A DNA stretch of 64,000 bases, from NCBI GenBank assembly GCA_963819655.1, contig CAWFXA010000002.1, forward strand, positions 352,001 through 416,000. The letters are read 5' to 3'. Below are positions 48,192 to 59,118 of the stretch, piece after piece. Source of the DNA: an uncultured Chloroflexia bacterium (GTDB lineage Bacteria; Chloroflexota; Limnocylindria; Limnocylindrales; CSP1-4). Positions within the stretch are counted from its first letter, which is position 1. Each line of letters begins with the position of its first letter. The translations under genes were made by a program, and so were the position numbers. The notes under the pieces are model-generated. The model was given only the letters and a program-made list of their open reading frames with translations, was not told the origin of the DNA and searched no databases.

Positions 48192-50231
48192 ATGATCGGC
48201 GGCCGGCGGCCGCTGCAGGGCCGCAAACCCGGCGACAAGCGGCTCCGCGTCGAGCGGCCCCACGCGCCGTTCTTCCGCTACACGGGCAAGGGCCAGCTCA
48301 CCGCAAAGGAGGCGGCGAGCGTCCCGACCACGCCCGGCGCGCGCCTCATCGCCCGGATCCGCGCTGTGGTGCTCGGGCGGCCGCTCCATCAGGAAGCAGA
48401 GGCCGGCGAGCGCCTGTCCAAGACGAAGGCTCTGGCCATCTTCAGCTCGGATGCGATCTCGTCGTCGGCGTATGCGACAGAGGAGATCATCCTGGCGTTC
48501 ATCCTCGGCGGCGCCGCCCTCGCGGCGCTGTCGTGGTCGCTGCCCGTGGCCATCGCGATCGCGGGTCTCCTCGCCATCGTCGCATTCAGCTACCGCCAGG
48601 TGTGCCTGGCCTACCCCAACGGGGGTGGCTCCTACTCGGTATCGAAGGCGAACTTCGGCCGGCATGCCTCGCTCGTCGCGGCGTCGGCGCTGCTGATCGA
48701 CTACAACCTGACGGCCGCTGTGTCGACGTCGTCGGCGGTCGAGCAGATCGTGTCGGCGTTCCCGGCGGTCAGCGATGTGCGCGTGCTGATCGGCGTGGGC
48801 GCCCTGGCCCTGATCACCCTGGCCAACCTGCGCGGCGTCAGGGAGGCCGGCAACATCTTCGCGGTCCCGACCTATCTCTTCATGTTCAGCGCATTCGCGA
48901 TGATCGCCATCGGGGCGTATCGGATCATCGTGCTGGGCGAACACCACGCACCGCCGCCCGAGGTCATCGCGGCGACCACCGAGACGGCCGGTGCGGTGTC
49001 GATCTTCCTGCTGTTGCGGGCGTTCGCCTCCGGAGCCGTCGCCCTGACCGGGACCGAGGCGATCGCGACCGGGGTGCCAGCATTCAAGCCGCCCGAATCA
49101 CGCAACGCGGCCACCACCCTCGCCGTCATGGCCGGCGTCCTGACGATCCTCTTCGTCGGCATCACCTTCCTGGCCTCGAACTTCGCGATCTATCCGACCG
49201 TCCCGGAGCTGTTCGGCGAGGTCCCACATAAGACCGTCATCGCGCAGGTCGCCGAGACGGTCTTCGGCACCTCGCTCCCGTTCTATCTGTTCCAGGCGTT
49301 CACGGCGCTGCTGCTGTTCCTCGCCGCGAACACCAGCTTCGCCGCCTTTCCGCGACTCGCCGCAGTGCTCGGCGAGGACGGTTTCTTCCCGCGCCAGTTC
49401 AGCCTTCGAGGCGACCGCCTCGCGTTCTCCATGGGCATCCTGCTGCTGGGCCTGATCGCGGCGTCGCTGGTGGTCATCGCCGGCGGGCGGACGCACGCCC
49501 TCATCCCGCTGTACGCGGTCGGCGTGTTCATCGACTTCACGATCAGCCAGGCCGGCATGATCCGGCATTGGCTGCGGACCCGCGATCGTGGCTGGCGCTA
49601 CCGGTTGGCGATCAACGCGGTGGGCTGCGCGGCGACCGCGGTGGTCGCGATCGTCGTGACCAGCGTCAAGTTCCTCGATGGGGCATGGCTCGTCGTGGTG
49701 CTCATCCCGATCCTCGTGAGCATCATGCTGTTCATCCGGCGCGAGTACGACGATCAGGAGCGGGAGCTGCACGTCCGCGAGGACATCGTCGTCGAGGGGC
49801 CGCATCGGGAGCAGCGCGTCGTCATCCCCGTGAACGGCATCAACCGGGCGGTCATCCAGGCGGTGAACTTCGGCCGCACGATGAGCCGGGACGTCCGCGC
49901 CGTGTTCGTGACCGAGGACCCCGAGCACGGCGAGGCGGTCCGCGAGCGGTGGGAGCGGCAGATCCCGGGTGTCCCTCTGGTCATCGTCGAGTCGCCGTAT
50001 CGGGCAGTCATCACGCCCGTCCTCGCCTACCTGGACGTCCTGGACCAGGCTTGGCCCCCGGACAAGGAGGCGCCGATCACGATCGTCGTCCTGCCCGAGT
50101 ACGTCGCGCGTCACTGGTGGGAGCGGCTGCTCTACAACCAGACCGCGAAGCGCCTCAAGGCCGCGATCCTGGGGCGCGAGCACACCGTCATCGCCGACGT
50201 GCCCTACCGCCGCGAGAACCGCGAGAGATGA
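48192..50231 (+). CDS. APC family permease, KimA/YdaO-like K+ importer
   Basis: FSSDAISSSAYATEE, YPNGGGSY, TGTEAI, soluble C-terminus ESPYR...WWERLLYNQ. Confidence 0.9.
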   Translation: MIGGRRPLQGRKPGDKRLRVERPHAPFFRYTGKGQLTAKEAASVPTTPGARLIARIRAVVLGRPLHQEAEAGERLSKTKALAIFSSDAISSSAYATEEIILAFILGGAALAALSWSLPVAIAIAGLLAIVAFSYRQVCLAYPNGGGSYSVSKANFGRHASLVAASALLIDYNLTAAVSTSSAVEQIVSAFPAVSDVRVLIGVGALALITLANLRGVREAGNIFAVPTYLFMFSAFAMIAIGAYRIIVLGEHHAPPPEVIAATTETAGAVSIFLLLRAFASGAVALTGTEAIATGVPAFKPPESRNAATTLAVMAGVLTILFVGITFLASNFAIYPTVPELFGEVPHKTVIAQVAETVFGTSLPFYLFQAFTALLLFLAANTSFAAFPRLAAVLGEDGFFPRQFSLRGDRLAFSMGILLLGLIAASLVVIAGGRTHALIPLYAVGVFIDFTISQAGMIRHWLRTRDRGWRYRLAINAVGCAATAVVAIVVTSVKFLDGAWLVVVLIPILVSIMLFIRREYDDQERELHVREDIVVEGPHREQRVVIPVNGINRAVIQAVNFGRTMSRDVRAVFVTEDPEHGEAVRERWERQIPGVPLVIVESPYRAVITPVLAYLDVLDQAWPPDKEAPITIVVLPEYVARHWWERLLYNQTAKRLKAAILGREHTVIADVPYRRENRER

Positions 50232-50272
50232 CGCGCCGGGCATGAGCCGGCTCGGTGGTATCGTGGCCGTGC

Positions 50273-50731
50273 ATGCCGGAGATCGACAAAGAACCATTCC
50301 ACCGCGCCGTGGTGGCCCTCAATGGTGGCCCGAGCGACGCACGGATCGTCCGGCTGGTGGCAAGCCTGGCTGCGAAGACCAAGGCTGAGCTGATCGCCGT
50401 GCATGTCGTCGAGATCGACTGGACACTGCCGCTCGATGCCGACATCGCCGGCCGCTCCGAGGACGTCCAACGCGTGCTGGATTCCGCCGAAACGATCGCC
50501 GAGGGCTTCAAGCTCAAGATGGAGCCAGTCCTGCTCCAGGCGCGTGACGTCGCCGCTGCGATCGTCGATGAGGCGACCGAGCGTGGGGCTGATCTGCTGG
50601 TCGTCGGCCTGCCATATCGGAAGAGATTCGGTGGGGAGTTCGCGATCGGCCGGACCATCCCGTACATCCTGCAGAACGCGCCGTGCACCGTCTGGGTCGT
50701 GCGCGAGCCGATGAGTGAGGAACCATCGTGA
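50273..50731 (+). CDS. universal stress protein
   Basis: AVHVVE, ADLLVVG, ILQNAPCTVWVVR. Confidence 0.9.
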   Translation: MPEIDKEPFHRAVVALNGGPSDARIVRLVASLAAKTKAELIAVHVVEIDWTLPLDADIAGRSEDVQRVLDSAETIAEGFKLKMEPVLLQARDVAAAIVDEATERGADLLVVGLPYRKRFGGEFAIGRTIPYILQNAPCTVWVVREPMSEEPS

Positions 50732-51270
50732 AGATCGTCATCGTGGGCTGCGGTCGGGTCGGCGCCTCCGCCGCCGAGATCTGGGATGCCGCCGGTCACG
50801 AGGTCATCGTGCTGGACACGTCGACCCGGGCGTTCGAACGCCTGCCGTCGTCGTTCGGGGGCACGGCCGTGCGCGGCGACGGCACCGACGAGGATGTCCT
50901 TCGACGCTCGGGCATGGAGGGCGCCGACGTCTTCCTGGCCCTGACCGAGGGCGACAATCGCAACGTGATGGCCGCCCAGCTCGCGGTGGAGGCGTTCGAG
51001 ATCCCGCAGGTCATCGCCAAGATCAACGACCCGGTGCGTGCCGCCGCCTACGCCGAGCTGGGGATCGCCACCTTGTGTCGGACGGGGCTGATGGTCGACG
51101 CCATGAACGCGCACCTCGGCTTCCCGCCGTCGGGGTTGTCGGGGATGCTCGCCGCAAGCGGTTACCACCCGGGTGGCGACCATCACGCCGATCCGCCCTC
51201 ATCGCAAGTCGAGGTGCGCGACGCCGCGAACCCCGTGCCGGCCACGCCCGGCGCGACCATGGAGGCCTGA
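50728..51270 (+). CDS. trkA: TrkA family protein (RCK_N only)
   Basis: IVGCGRVG, GDGTD, TEGDNRN. Confidence 0.85.
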   Translation: MKIVIVGCGRVGASAAEIWDAAGHEVIVLDTSTRAFERLPSSFGGTAVRGDGTDEDVLRRSGMEGADVFLALTEGDNRNVMAAQLAVEAFEIPQVIAKINDPVRAAAYAELGIATLCRTGLMVDAMNAHLGFPPSGLSGMLAASGYHPGGDHHADPPSSQVEVRDAANPVPATPGATMEA

Positions 51271-51272
51271 TC

Positions 51273-51953
51273 GTGTTCGTCCTCGTCGTCGGTGGTGGCA
51301 AGGTCGGCTACTACCTCGCCAAAGAATTGCTGGACTCGGGCCACGAGGTGGCCCTCATGGAGAAGGACCCGATGCGGGCGCAACAGATCGCCGACGAGAT
51401 CGGCTCGATCGTCATCGCCCACGACGGGTGCGAAGGCAAGTACCTCGGCGAGGCCGGGGCGAACCGCGCCGACGTCGTGGCCGCCGTGACCGGCGACGAC
51501 GAGGACAACCTCGTCATCTGTCAGATGGCGAAGCACCACTTCGACGTCCCGCGCACCATCGCGCGGGTCAACAACCCCAAGAACGAGTCGCTGTTCAGGC
51601 ACCTCGGGGTCGACGAGCTGATCAGCCCGACCAGGATGATCCTCGGCTCGATCGAGCAGGACATCCCGGTCCACGAGCTGCTCCACCTGGCGGCTCTCGG
51701 TGAGGGCGAGCTCGAGTTGATCGAGGCGCACCTGCAGCCCGGTTCACCGGCCATCGGTCGCGCGCCGCGGGACCTCGAGATCCCCGAGGGCTGTTCGCTG
51801 TTCGCGGTGATCCGTGATGGGCTGGCATCGCCCCTTCGCCCCGACACGATCCTGCGCGAGGGCGACAAGGTCATCGCGATCGGCAAGCAGGAGTGCGAGG
51901 CCCTGCTCCATGGGCAGCTGATCGGCGACCCGGAGGCCGCTCCGACGCGTTGA
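51273..51953 (+). CDS. trkA: TrkA family protein (RCK_N + RCK_C)
   Basis: VGGGKVG, VTGDDEDN, ARVNNP, GSPAIG...VIRDG...GDKV. Confidence 0.9.
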   Translation: MFVLVVGGGKVGYYLAKELLDSGHEVALMEKDPMRAQQIADEIGSIVIAHDGCEGKYLGEAGANRADVVAAVTGDDEDNLVICQMAKHHFDVPRTIARVNNPKNESLFRHLGVDELISPTRMILGSIEQDIPVHELLHLAALGEGELELIEAHLQPGSPAIGRAPRDLEIPEGCSLFAVIRDGLASPLRPDTILREGDKVIAIGKQECEALLHGQLIGDPEAAPTR

Positions 51954-52010
51954 CCGGAGTGCCGCCACGGCGGACGTTGCGGAATCTCGTTCGTTCCTTC
52001 GCGTAAGACT

Positions 52011-52041
52011 CTTGACAACGTCATTGTCAGGGTTTTAGCAT
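52011..52041 (+). promoter_or_regulatory. heat-shock operon promoter with HAIR-like inverted repeat
   Basis: TTGACA-N18-TAGCAT; CTTGACA-N7-TGTCAGG overlapping the -35. Confidence 0.72.
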
Positions 52042-52138
52042 CTTGCTGTGTCCGGACTCCGGACGCCTGACCAGAAACGAACGGTGGTGCCGACGTGTCG
52101 GCTCACCTCGAACGATGACCTTTCAGGAGATGCACGAG

Positions 52139-52213
52139 ATGACCCTCGTACGCCGGACAGTCCCATCCCGGGGCGTCCTCACCCTCCGCCCGACCATGGA
52201 CCAGGAGGCCTGA
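52139..52213 (+). CDS. 24-aa mini-ORF resembling an Hsp20 N-terminus
   Basis: AGGAG RBS; MTLVRRTVPSRGVLTLRPTMDQEA; stop 3 nt before hspR GTG. Confidence 0.5.
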   Translation: MTLVRRTVPSRGVLTLRPTMDQEA

Positions 52214-52216
52214 CGC

Positions 52217-52600
52217 GTGGCGTCCCCCAGGCCCGAGCGGGACCCGGAGCGACCCGTCTACGTCATCAGCGTGGCGGCGAGCATCGTCAGCGCTCATCCG
52301 CGTACGTTGCGGATCTACGAGGACGAGGGGCTGCTGTGTCCCGCGCGGACGCCCACCAACATCCGCCTCTATAGCGAGAACGACATCCGCCGGATCCTCT
52401 GGATCCGCCATTTGACCCGAGAGCGAGGCGTCAACCTCGCCGGTATCCGCATCCTGTTCGAGCTCGAGGAGCGCCTCGGAGCCCGGATCCTCGAGGCGCT
52501 GTACGCCGAGGGGACCGGGGCCGCCGAGGCCACCCGCCAGCCCGAACCCAGCCTCACATCGACCGCGGCACGCGTCTCGGACGACAAGACCACCAGCTAG
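52217..52600 (+). CDS. hspR: MerR-family heat-shock repressor HspR
   Basis: PVYVISVAA, HPRTLRIYE, RLYSENDI, GVNLAGI; heads lon-dnaJ-clpB. Confidence 0.88.
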   Translation: MASPRPERDPERPVYVISVAASIVSAHPRTLRIYEDEGLLCPARTPTNIRLYSENDIRRILWIRHLTRERGVNLAGIRILFELEERLGARILEALYAEGTGAAEATRQPEPSLTSTAARVSDDKTTS

Positions 52601-52613
52601 GAGATCCACCACG

Positions 52614-55112
52614 ATGGCCAAGCGACCGTCAGACCCGGTCGAGGGAACGCAGGAGGAGACCGTGACCGGTCCCCGCGACCTGCCTCTCGTCGCACTCCGG
52701 GAGACGGTCATCTTCCCGGAGATGATCGTCCCGCTCCAGGTTGGCCGCGAGAAGAGCGTCAATGCGCTCAACGCCGCGGTCGCCGAAGGCGGACCCATCG
52801 CCCTCGTCACACAGCGGCAGGCCGAGCAGGAGGACATCAACGATCCCTCCGAGCTCTTCGAGATCGGCACGTTGGCCAAGATCGCGCAGGTCGTCCAACT
52901 CCAGGACGGCACCGTCAGGGCGATCGTCCAGGGCCAATCGCGTCTGCGGCTGCGCGGCTTCAATCAGACCGATTCCTACCTCCGGGCATCCATCGTGGAG
53001 CTCCCCGACGAGTCCCCGGACGGGCTCGAGGTCCAGGCGCTGATGCGCACGGTCCAGGCGCAGATCGAGCAGTACGTCGCGAACGGCGCGCCCGTACCGC
53101 CGGAAGCCGCCGTCGCCGCGCGCAATATCAGCGAGCCCGGACTGCTGGCCGACATGGTCGCCTACAGCCCGGACATGTCGACCGAGCAGCGCCAGGAGCT
53201 GCTCGAGACGATCGATGTCACCGAGCGCCTGAAGCTCGTCTCGAATTTCCTTGCGCATCAGGTCGAGATCCTCGAGCTGAAGGGCCGGATCCAGTCCGAA
53301 GTCAAGTCGGAGATGGACAAGACCCAGCGCGAGTACATCCTTCGCGAGCAGCTCAAGGCCATCCAGCGTGAGCTGGGCGAGGATGACCCGCAGCAGGCCG
53401 AGATCAACGAGCTCCGCGAGAAGGTCGAAGCCGCCGGCATGCCGGAGGAGATCAAGACCCGGGCGATCAAGGAGGTCGACCGGATGAGCCGCATCCCGTC
53501 GGCGTCACCCGAGGTCGGCGTGATCCGGACGTACGTGGACTGGCTGATCAGCCTGCCGTGGAACGTCGCGACCGACGACCAGCTCGATATCAAGGAGGCT
53601 GCGCGCATCCTCGATGAGGACCACTACGGCCTCGAGAAGATCAAGGAGCGCATCCTCGAATACCTCGCGGTGCGGACGCTCGCGGACGAGATCCGCAGCC
53701 CGATCCTCGCCTTCGTCGGACCTCCCGGCGTGGGCAAGACGAGCCTGGGCAAGAGCATCGCCCGTGCCATGGGCCGCAAGTTCGTCCGGATGAGCCTCGG
53801 CGGCATCCACGACGAGGCCGAGATCCGTGGCCACCGGCGCACGTACATCGGCGCGCTGCCCGGCCGGATCATCCAGAGCATCAAGACCGCCGGCTCGAAC
53901 AACCCGGTCTTCATGCTCGACGAGGTGGACAAGATCGGGATGGATTTCCGGGGTGACCCGTCGTCCGCCCTGCTCGAGGTCCTCGACCCGGAGCAGAACA
54001 ACTCATTCCAGGACAACTACCTCGAGGTGCCGTTCGACCTGAGCAAGACGCTGTTCATCGCGACGGCCAACCTGCTCGACCCGATCCCGGCAGCGCTGCG
54101 CGACCGGATGGAGATCGTCCAGCTGCCCGGCTACACCGAGCAGGAGAAGATCGAGATCGGCAAGCGGTTCCTCATCCCCAAGCAGATGACGAACCACGGC
54201 CTCAACGACAAGCGCATCGAGATCACCGACGCAGCCATGACCGAGCTCGTGCGCTCGTACACGCACGAGGCCGGTGTCCGCAACCTCGAGCGCGAGATCG
54301 CCAATGTCATGCGCAAGGTCGCCCGGCAGGTCGCCGAGGGCCGCAAGCGCAAGACCGTCGTCGACGAGAAGAAGCTGGCCGAGTTCCTCGGACCGCAGCG
54401 GTACGAATATGGCGAGCTCGAGACCGAGGACCAGACGGGCGCGGCGACCGGACTCGTCGTCACCGAGGTCGGTGGCGATGTGGTCGCGATCGAGGTGACC
54501 CGCATGGAGGGCAAGGAGGACTTCATCCTCACTGGCCAGCTCGGCGAGGTCATGCGCGAGAGTGCTCGCGCCGGCCTGTCCTGGACGCGCGCCAATGCGC
54601 GTGACCTGGGCATCGACCGCGAGATCTTCGAGAAGAACACCCTGCACATCCACGTCCCAGCGGGCGCGATCCCCAAGGACGGGCCGTCGGCAGGGATCAC
54701 GATGGCGACTGCGATCGTGAGCGCTCTGACCGGCATCCCGGTCCGCAAGGACGTGGCGATGACGGGCGAGATCACGCTGCGCGGGCGGGTGCTCCCGATC
54801 GGCGGTCTGAAGAGCAAGATCCTGGCAGCCCACTTGTCGGGCGCCAAGACCGTGATCATCCCAAGGAAGAACGAGAAGGACCTGCGGGACATCCCCGAGG
54901 AGATCCGCAAGTCGATGAAGCTCATCCTCGTCGACTCGATGGAGCAGGTGCTCGAGGCGGCCCTCCGGCGCAAGCCGAGGCCCCTCGTCGCCGAGCCACC
55001 GAAGATCGTCAAGGGTGGCGACCCGATCGATCCCGAGCCCGAGAGCCGGGTTCGCCGAACGAACTTCCCACCCACCGATCAGCCCCCCGTGGTCGTCGAG
55101 CGCGGCCACTAA
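52614..55112 (+). CDS. lon: ATP-dependent Lon protease
   Basis: [34 protein letters not shown]. Confidence 0.97.
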   Translation: MAKRPSDPVEGTQEETVTGPRDLPLVALRETVIFPEMIVPLQVGREKSVNALNAAVAEGGPIALVTQRQAEQEDINDPSELFEIGTLAKIAQVVQLQDGTVRAIVQGQSRLRLRGFNQTDSYLRASIVELPDESPDGLEVQALMRTVQAQIEQYVANGAPVPPEAAVAARNISEPGLLADMVAYSPDMSTEQRQELLETIDVTERLKLVSNFLAHQVEILELKGRIQSEVKSEMDKTQREYILREQLKAIQRELGEDDPQQAEINELREKVEAAGMPEEIKTRAIKEVDRMSRIPSASPEVGVIRTYVDWLISLPWNVATDDQLDIKEAARILDEDHYGLEKIKERILEYLAVRTLADEIRSPILAFVGPPGVGKTSLGKSIARAMGRKFVRMSLGGIHDEAEIRGHRRTYIGALPGRIIQSIKTAGSNNPVFMLDEVDKIGMDFRGDPSSALLEVLDPEQNNSFQDNYLEVPFDLSKTLFIATANLLDPIPAALRDRMEIVQLPGYTEQEKIEIGKRFLIPKQMTNHGLNDKRIEITDAAMTELVRSYTHEAGVRNLEREIANVMRKVARQVAEGRKRKTVVDEKKLAEFLGPQRYEYGELETEDQTGAATGLVVTEVGGDVVAIEVTRMEGKEDFILTGQLGEVMRESARAGLSWTRANARDLGIDREIFEKNTLHIHVPAGAIPKDGPSAGITMATAIVSALTGIPVRKDVAMTGEITLRGRVLPIGGLKSKILAAHLSGAKTVIIPRKNEKDLRDIPEEIRKSMKLILVDSMEQVLEAALRRKPRPLVAEPPKIVKGGDPIDPEPESRVRRTNFPPTDQPPVVVERGH

Positions 55113-55149
55113 ACGTGGAGCAAGACCAGACGGCGTAGTCGTCGCCGGG

Positions 55150-55240
55150 CGTCCGAGGCGAAGGCACCATCGAGGAGCGGAGCGAGCGCACTTCAAGGTG
55201 CGTGAGCGAGCACCGCAGGTGGCAACGCTCGCATCGGACG
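55150..55240. repeat. REP/MITE-like nested palindromic element
   Basis: CGTCCGA...TCGGACG ends, inner CGCAC-ttcaag-GTGCG hairpin flanked by GAG/TGAG; single copy in this window. Confidence 0.45.
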
Positions 55241-55269
55241 ATCCAGCGACGATCCCGGAGTCGACGCCC

Positions 55270-56340
55270 ATGGAGTACAAGGATTACTACGCGGTCCTGG
55301 GGGTTCCCAGGACCGCGTCAAAGACCGACATCAAGAAGGCGTACCGGAAGCTCGCGCGCGAGCATCACCCGGACACCAAGCCGGACGACGCCGCCGCTGA
55401 GCGCCGGTTCAAGGAGGTCAACGAGGCCCACGCCGTCCTGTCCGATCCGGACAAGCGCGGGCTGTACGACCGCCTTGGGTCGGACTGGGAAGCCTATGCT
55501 CGCGCCGGCGCGACGGCGGGCGCCGCGACAGGCGGGCGGGCCGCTGCTGCCGGCAACACGTCCGGGGGTTTCAGCGGCTTCGGTGGACCCGGCGGCAACG
55601 TCCGCTACGAGTTCCACACGAGCGGCGACGCGTCCGACTTCAGCGACTTCTTCCAGGCCTTCTTTGCCGGCGCCTCGGAGCCGGTCACCGGACCCGGGCG
55701 CGGCCGTCGTCCGACCGGTGGCGCGTCGTTCGACGACATCCTCGCCGGGATGGGCCTCGACAGGGACGGCAACGTCCGTGCCGGCAGCGCGCAGCCTAAC
55801 GGCGGGCGACGGACCGCCGCTCCAGCCCGCCCCAGCGCCGAGGCGGTCGCCGAGATCACGCTCGACGAGGCGTACCACGGCACGACCCGCCTGGTCGAGG
55901 TCGACGGCAAACGCCTCGAGGTCACGATCCCGAAGGGCGCCGACAGCGGTAGCCGCATCCGTCTGACGGGCAAGGCGCCCGGCGGCGGCGACCTGCACGT
56001 GGTTGTTCGCCAGCTCCCGGACCGGACCTTCACCCGCCGCGGAGCGGATCTCGAACGCGAGCTGCCGCTGTCTCTGCGCGAGGCCCTGCTCGGCGCGGAC
56101 GTGCGCGTCCGGACGCCCAAGGGGCGGGTCCTCCTCACGATCCCGGCCGGGACGCAGCCCGGCAAGACGTTCCGCCTGACCGGCCAGGGCATGCCCCGCT
56201 TCAAGGCCGCCGGCAACGGCGATCTGTACGTCAAGGCCAGGGTCGTCCTGCCGGGCGATCTGACGCCCGACGCCCGCGACGCCGCCGACCGATTCCTCGA
56301 GCTCACCAACCAACCCGATCCCCGCGCACGAGAGACCTGA
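55270..56340 (+). CDS. dnaJ: DnaJ-class co-chaperone lacking the Zn finger (CbpA-like)
   Basis: [14 protein letters not shown] region, DnaJ_C; no CxxCxGxG repeats. Confidence 0.9.
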   Translation: MEYKDYYAVLGVPRTASKTDIKKAYRKLAREHHPDTKPDDAAAERRFKEVNEAHAVLSDPDKRGLYDRLGSDWEAYARAGATAGAATGGRAAAAGNTSGGFSGFGGPGGNVRYEFHTSGDASDFSDFFQAFFAGASEPVTGPGRGRRPTGGASFDDILAGMGLDRDGNVRAGSAQPNGGRRTAAPARPSAEAVAEITLDEAYHGTTRLVEVDGKRLEVTIPKGADSGSRIRLTGKAPGGGDLHVVVRQLPDRTFTRRGADLERELPLSLREALLGADVRVRTPKGRVLLTIPAGTQPGKTFRLTGQGMPRFKAAGNGDLYVKARVVLPGDLTPDARDAADRFLELTNQPDPRARET

Positions 56341-56344
56341 CCCG

Positions 56345-59101
56345 ATGCAACTCGACCGATTCACCCAGAAGGCCCAGGAGGCCATCATCGCCGCCCAGGA
56401 GACTGCGCAGCGACTCCAGAGCCCCGTCCTCGACGCCGAGCACATGCTCAGCGCGCTCATCGAGCCCGACGACGGGATCCCGGCGGAGACCCTGCGGCGC
56501 CTTGGCGTCGACCTGCCCGCGTTCCGCGGCGAGCTCGCCGCCAGCCTGTCACGCCGAGCCCGCATCCAGGGCGGCTCTCTTGCCCTCGACCCCCGGGCGA
56601 AGGGCGTCATCGACCGGGCCGAGGCGGAGGCCCGCCGTCTCGGCGACGACTACGTCTCGACCGAGCATCTGCTCCTCGGCGTCGCCGAGGCAGGTGGTGA
56701 TGCGCAGTCGCTCCTCGACTCGCACGCGGCCGGCAAGGAGGCGATCCTGCAGGCCCTCCAGAGCGTGCGTGGCGGCCAGCGGGTCACGTCCCAGAACCCG
56801 GAGGGCACCTATGCCGCCCTCGAGAAGTACGGCCGCGACCTCACGACCGAGGCGCGCGCGGGCAAGCTCGATCCGGTCGTCGGCCGTGACGAGGAGATCC
56901 GGCGCGTGATCCAGGTCCTCAGCCGGCGCACGAAGAACAACCCCGTGCTCATCGGTGAGCCGGGCGTCGGCAAGACCGCCATCGCCGAGGGCCTCGCACA
57001 GCGCATCGTCCGCAGCGACGTGCCGGATGGCCTCAAGGGCAAGCGCGTCGTCGCGCTCGACCTCGGGGCGCTCATCGCGGGCGCCAAATTCCGGGGCGAA
57101 TTCGAGGAGCGCCTCAAGGCGGTCCTCAAGGAGATCAAGGACAGCGACGGCCAGGTCGTGCTGTTCATCGACGAGCTCCACACGGTCGTCGGTGCCGGCG
57201 CCGCCGAGGGCGCGATGGACGCCTCGAACCTCCTCAAGCCGATGCTCGCGCGTGGTGAGCTGCACACCATCGGCGCGACCACCCTCGACGAGTACCGCAA
57301 GCACATCGAGAAGGACGCCGCGCTCGAGCGGCGCTTCCAGCCGATCCTCGTCGACCAACCGACGGTCGAGGAGACGATCAGCATCCTGCGCGGCTTGCGC
57401 GAGCGCTACGAGGTCCATCACGGCGTGCGCATCACCGATTCGGCTCTCGTCGCCGCGGCCACCCTGTCCGATCGCTACATCACCGACCGATTCCTGCCCG
57501 ACAAGGCGATCGACCTCGTCGACGAGGCGGCCTCGCGCCTGCGCATGGAGATCGACTCGATGCCGATCGAGATCGACGAGCTCGAGCGCCGCCGCATCCA
57601 GCTCGAGATCGAGCGCGAGGCGCTGCGCAAGGAGCCGGACGACGCGTCGAAGGCTCGACTCGAAGCCCTCGAGAAGGAACTCGCCGATCTCGAGGAGGAG
57701 TCGGGCGGCCTCAAGCAGCGCTGGGAGGCCGAGAAGGCCGCGATCGGGGCCATCCGCACGACACGCTCCGAGCTGGAGGCGCTCGCCACCCGCATCGAGC
57801 AGGCCGAGCGTGAGGCCGACTTCGCCACCGCCGCCGAGTTGAAGTACGCCACCCAGAAGGCACTCCAGGACACGCTGGCCGAACAGGAGGCCGCCCTGGC
57901 CGCGCTCCAGGGTCCGGGCACCTTGCTCAAGGAAGAGGTGGGTGCGGACGACATCGCCGAGATCGTCGGCGCGTGGACCGGCATCCCGGTCAATCGGCTC
58001 ATGGAGGGTGAGACGGCCAAGCTCATCAAGATGGAGGAGCGGCTGCACGACCGCGTGATCGGCCAGGACGAGGCCATCCAGGCCGTGTCCGACGCGGTCC
58101 GCCGGGCCCGTGCCGGGCTCAAGGATCCGCGCCGCCCGATCGGCTCGTTCCTGTTCCTCGGTCCCACCGGCGTCGGCAAGACGGAGCTCGCACGGGCTCT
58201 CGCCGAGTTCCTGTTCGACGACGAGACCGCCATGGTGCGCATCGACATGAGCGAGTACATGGAGAAGTTCTCCGTGTCCCGCCTGGTCGGCGCGCCTCCC
58301 GGCTACGTCGGCTACGACGAGGGCGGGCAGCTGACCGAGGCCGTCCGCCGCCGGCCCTACCAGGTGGTGCTGCTCGACGAGATCGAGAAGGCCCACCCCG
58401 ACGTGTTCAACGTCCTGCTCCAGGTCCTCGACGACGGTCGGCTGACCGACGGCCAGGGCCGGACGGTCGACTTCAAGAACGCCGTGGTGATCATGACGAG
58501 CAACATCGGCTCGTCGGCCATCGCGGCCACGAACGCCCGAGCCGGCGACGCGGCGTACGAGGAGATGAAGCGCGAGGTGACGGAGGTCCTCCGGTCGCAG
58601 TTCCGGCCCGAGTTCCTCAATCGCGTCGATGAGGTCATCGTGTTCCACGCCCTGACCGACGACGACCTGGCCGCCATCGTCGAGCTGCTGCTGGCAGACC
58701 TCCAGCGGCGACTCGCCCCGCAGGACCTTGAGTTGGAGCTCACGGCGACGGCCAAGGCGCTCATCGTCCGCGAGGGCACCGACCCGTCGTTCGGGGCACG
58801 GCCGCTCCAGCGGACCATCCAGCGCCTCGTCGAGAACCCGCTGGCCCGTGCACTGGTCGCCGGCGAGTTCCGACCTGGCGACACGATCACCGCCGATGCC
58901 GACATTGCCTCGGGCACGTTGGTGTTCTCCAGCGGCGGCGCCACGGTCGTCGCCGATGGCGGCCGCCGGGACGCCCGTTCCGGCCCGGCCGAGGAAGAGG
59001 CCGTCGGGGCGAGGACTCGTGGCCGGCGTGGCCGGCCGGACTCGCCGCTCGACCTGCCGCCGACGCGCCCGCGGCGCGACGACGGCGAGCTCGTCAACTA
59101 G
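56345..59101 (+). CDS. clpB: ATP-dependent disaggregase ClpB
   Basis: Two AAA+ modules ([16 protein letters not shown]), long coiled-coil M domain, GYVGY. Confidence 0.96.
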   Translation: MQLDRFTQKAQEAIIAAQETAQRLQSPVLDAEHMLSALIEPDDGIPAETLRRLGVDLPAFRGELAASLSRRARIQGGSLALDPRAKGVIDRAEAEARRLGDDYVSTEHLLLGVAEAGGDAQSLLDSHAAGKEAILQALQSVRGGQRVTSQNPEGTYAALEKYGRDLTTEARAGKLDPVVGRDEEIRRVIQVLSRRTKNNPVLIGEPGVGKTAIAEGLAQRIVRSDVPDGLKGKRVVALDLGALIAGAKFRGEFEERLKAVLKEIKDSDGQVVLFIDELHTVVGAGAAEGAMDASNLLKPMLARGELHTIGATTLDEYRKHIEKDAALERRFQPILVDQPTVEETISILRGLRERYEVHHGVRITDSALVAAATLSDRYITDRFLPDKAIDLVDEAASRLRMEIDSMPIEIDELERRRIQLEIEREALRKEPDDASKARLEALEKELADLEEESGGLKQRWEAEKAAIGAIRTTRSELEALATRIEQAEREADFATAAELKYATQKALQDTLAEQEAALAALQGPGTLLKEEVGADDIAEIVGAWTGIPVNRLMEGETAKLIKMEERLHDRVIGQDEAIQAVSDAVRRARAGLKDPRRPIGSFLFLGPTGVGKTELARALAEFLFDDETAMVRIDMSEYMEKFSVSRLVGAPPGYVGYDEGGQLTEAVRRRPYQVVLLDEIEKAHPDVFNVLLQVLDDGRLTDGQGRTVDFKNAVVIMTSNIGSSAIAATNARAGDAAYEEMKREVTEVLRSQFRPEFLNRVDEVIVFHALTDDDLAAIVELLLADLQRRLAPQDLELELTATAKALIVREGTDPSFGARPLQRTIQRLVENPLARALVAGEFRPGDTITADADIASGTLVFSSGGATVVADGGRRDARSGPAEEEAVGARTRGRRGRPDSPLDLPPTRPRRDDGELVN

Positions 59102-59118
59102 CCGACCGCGCCAGCGCG

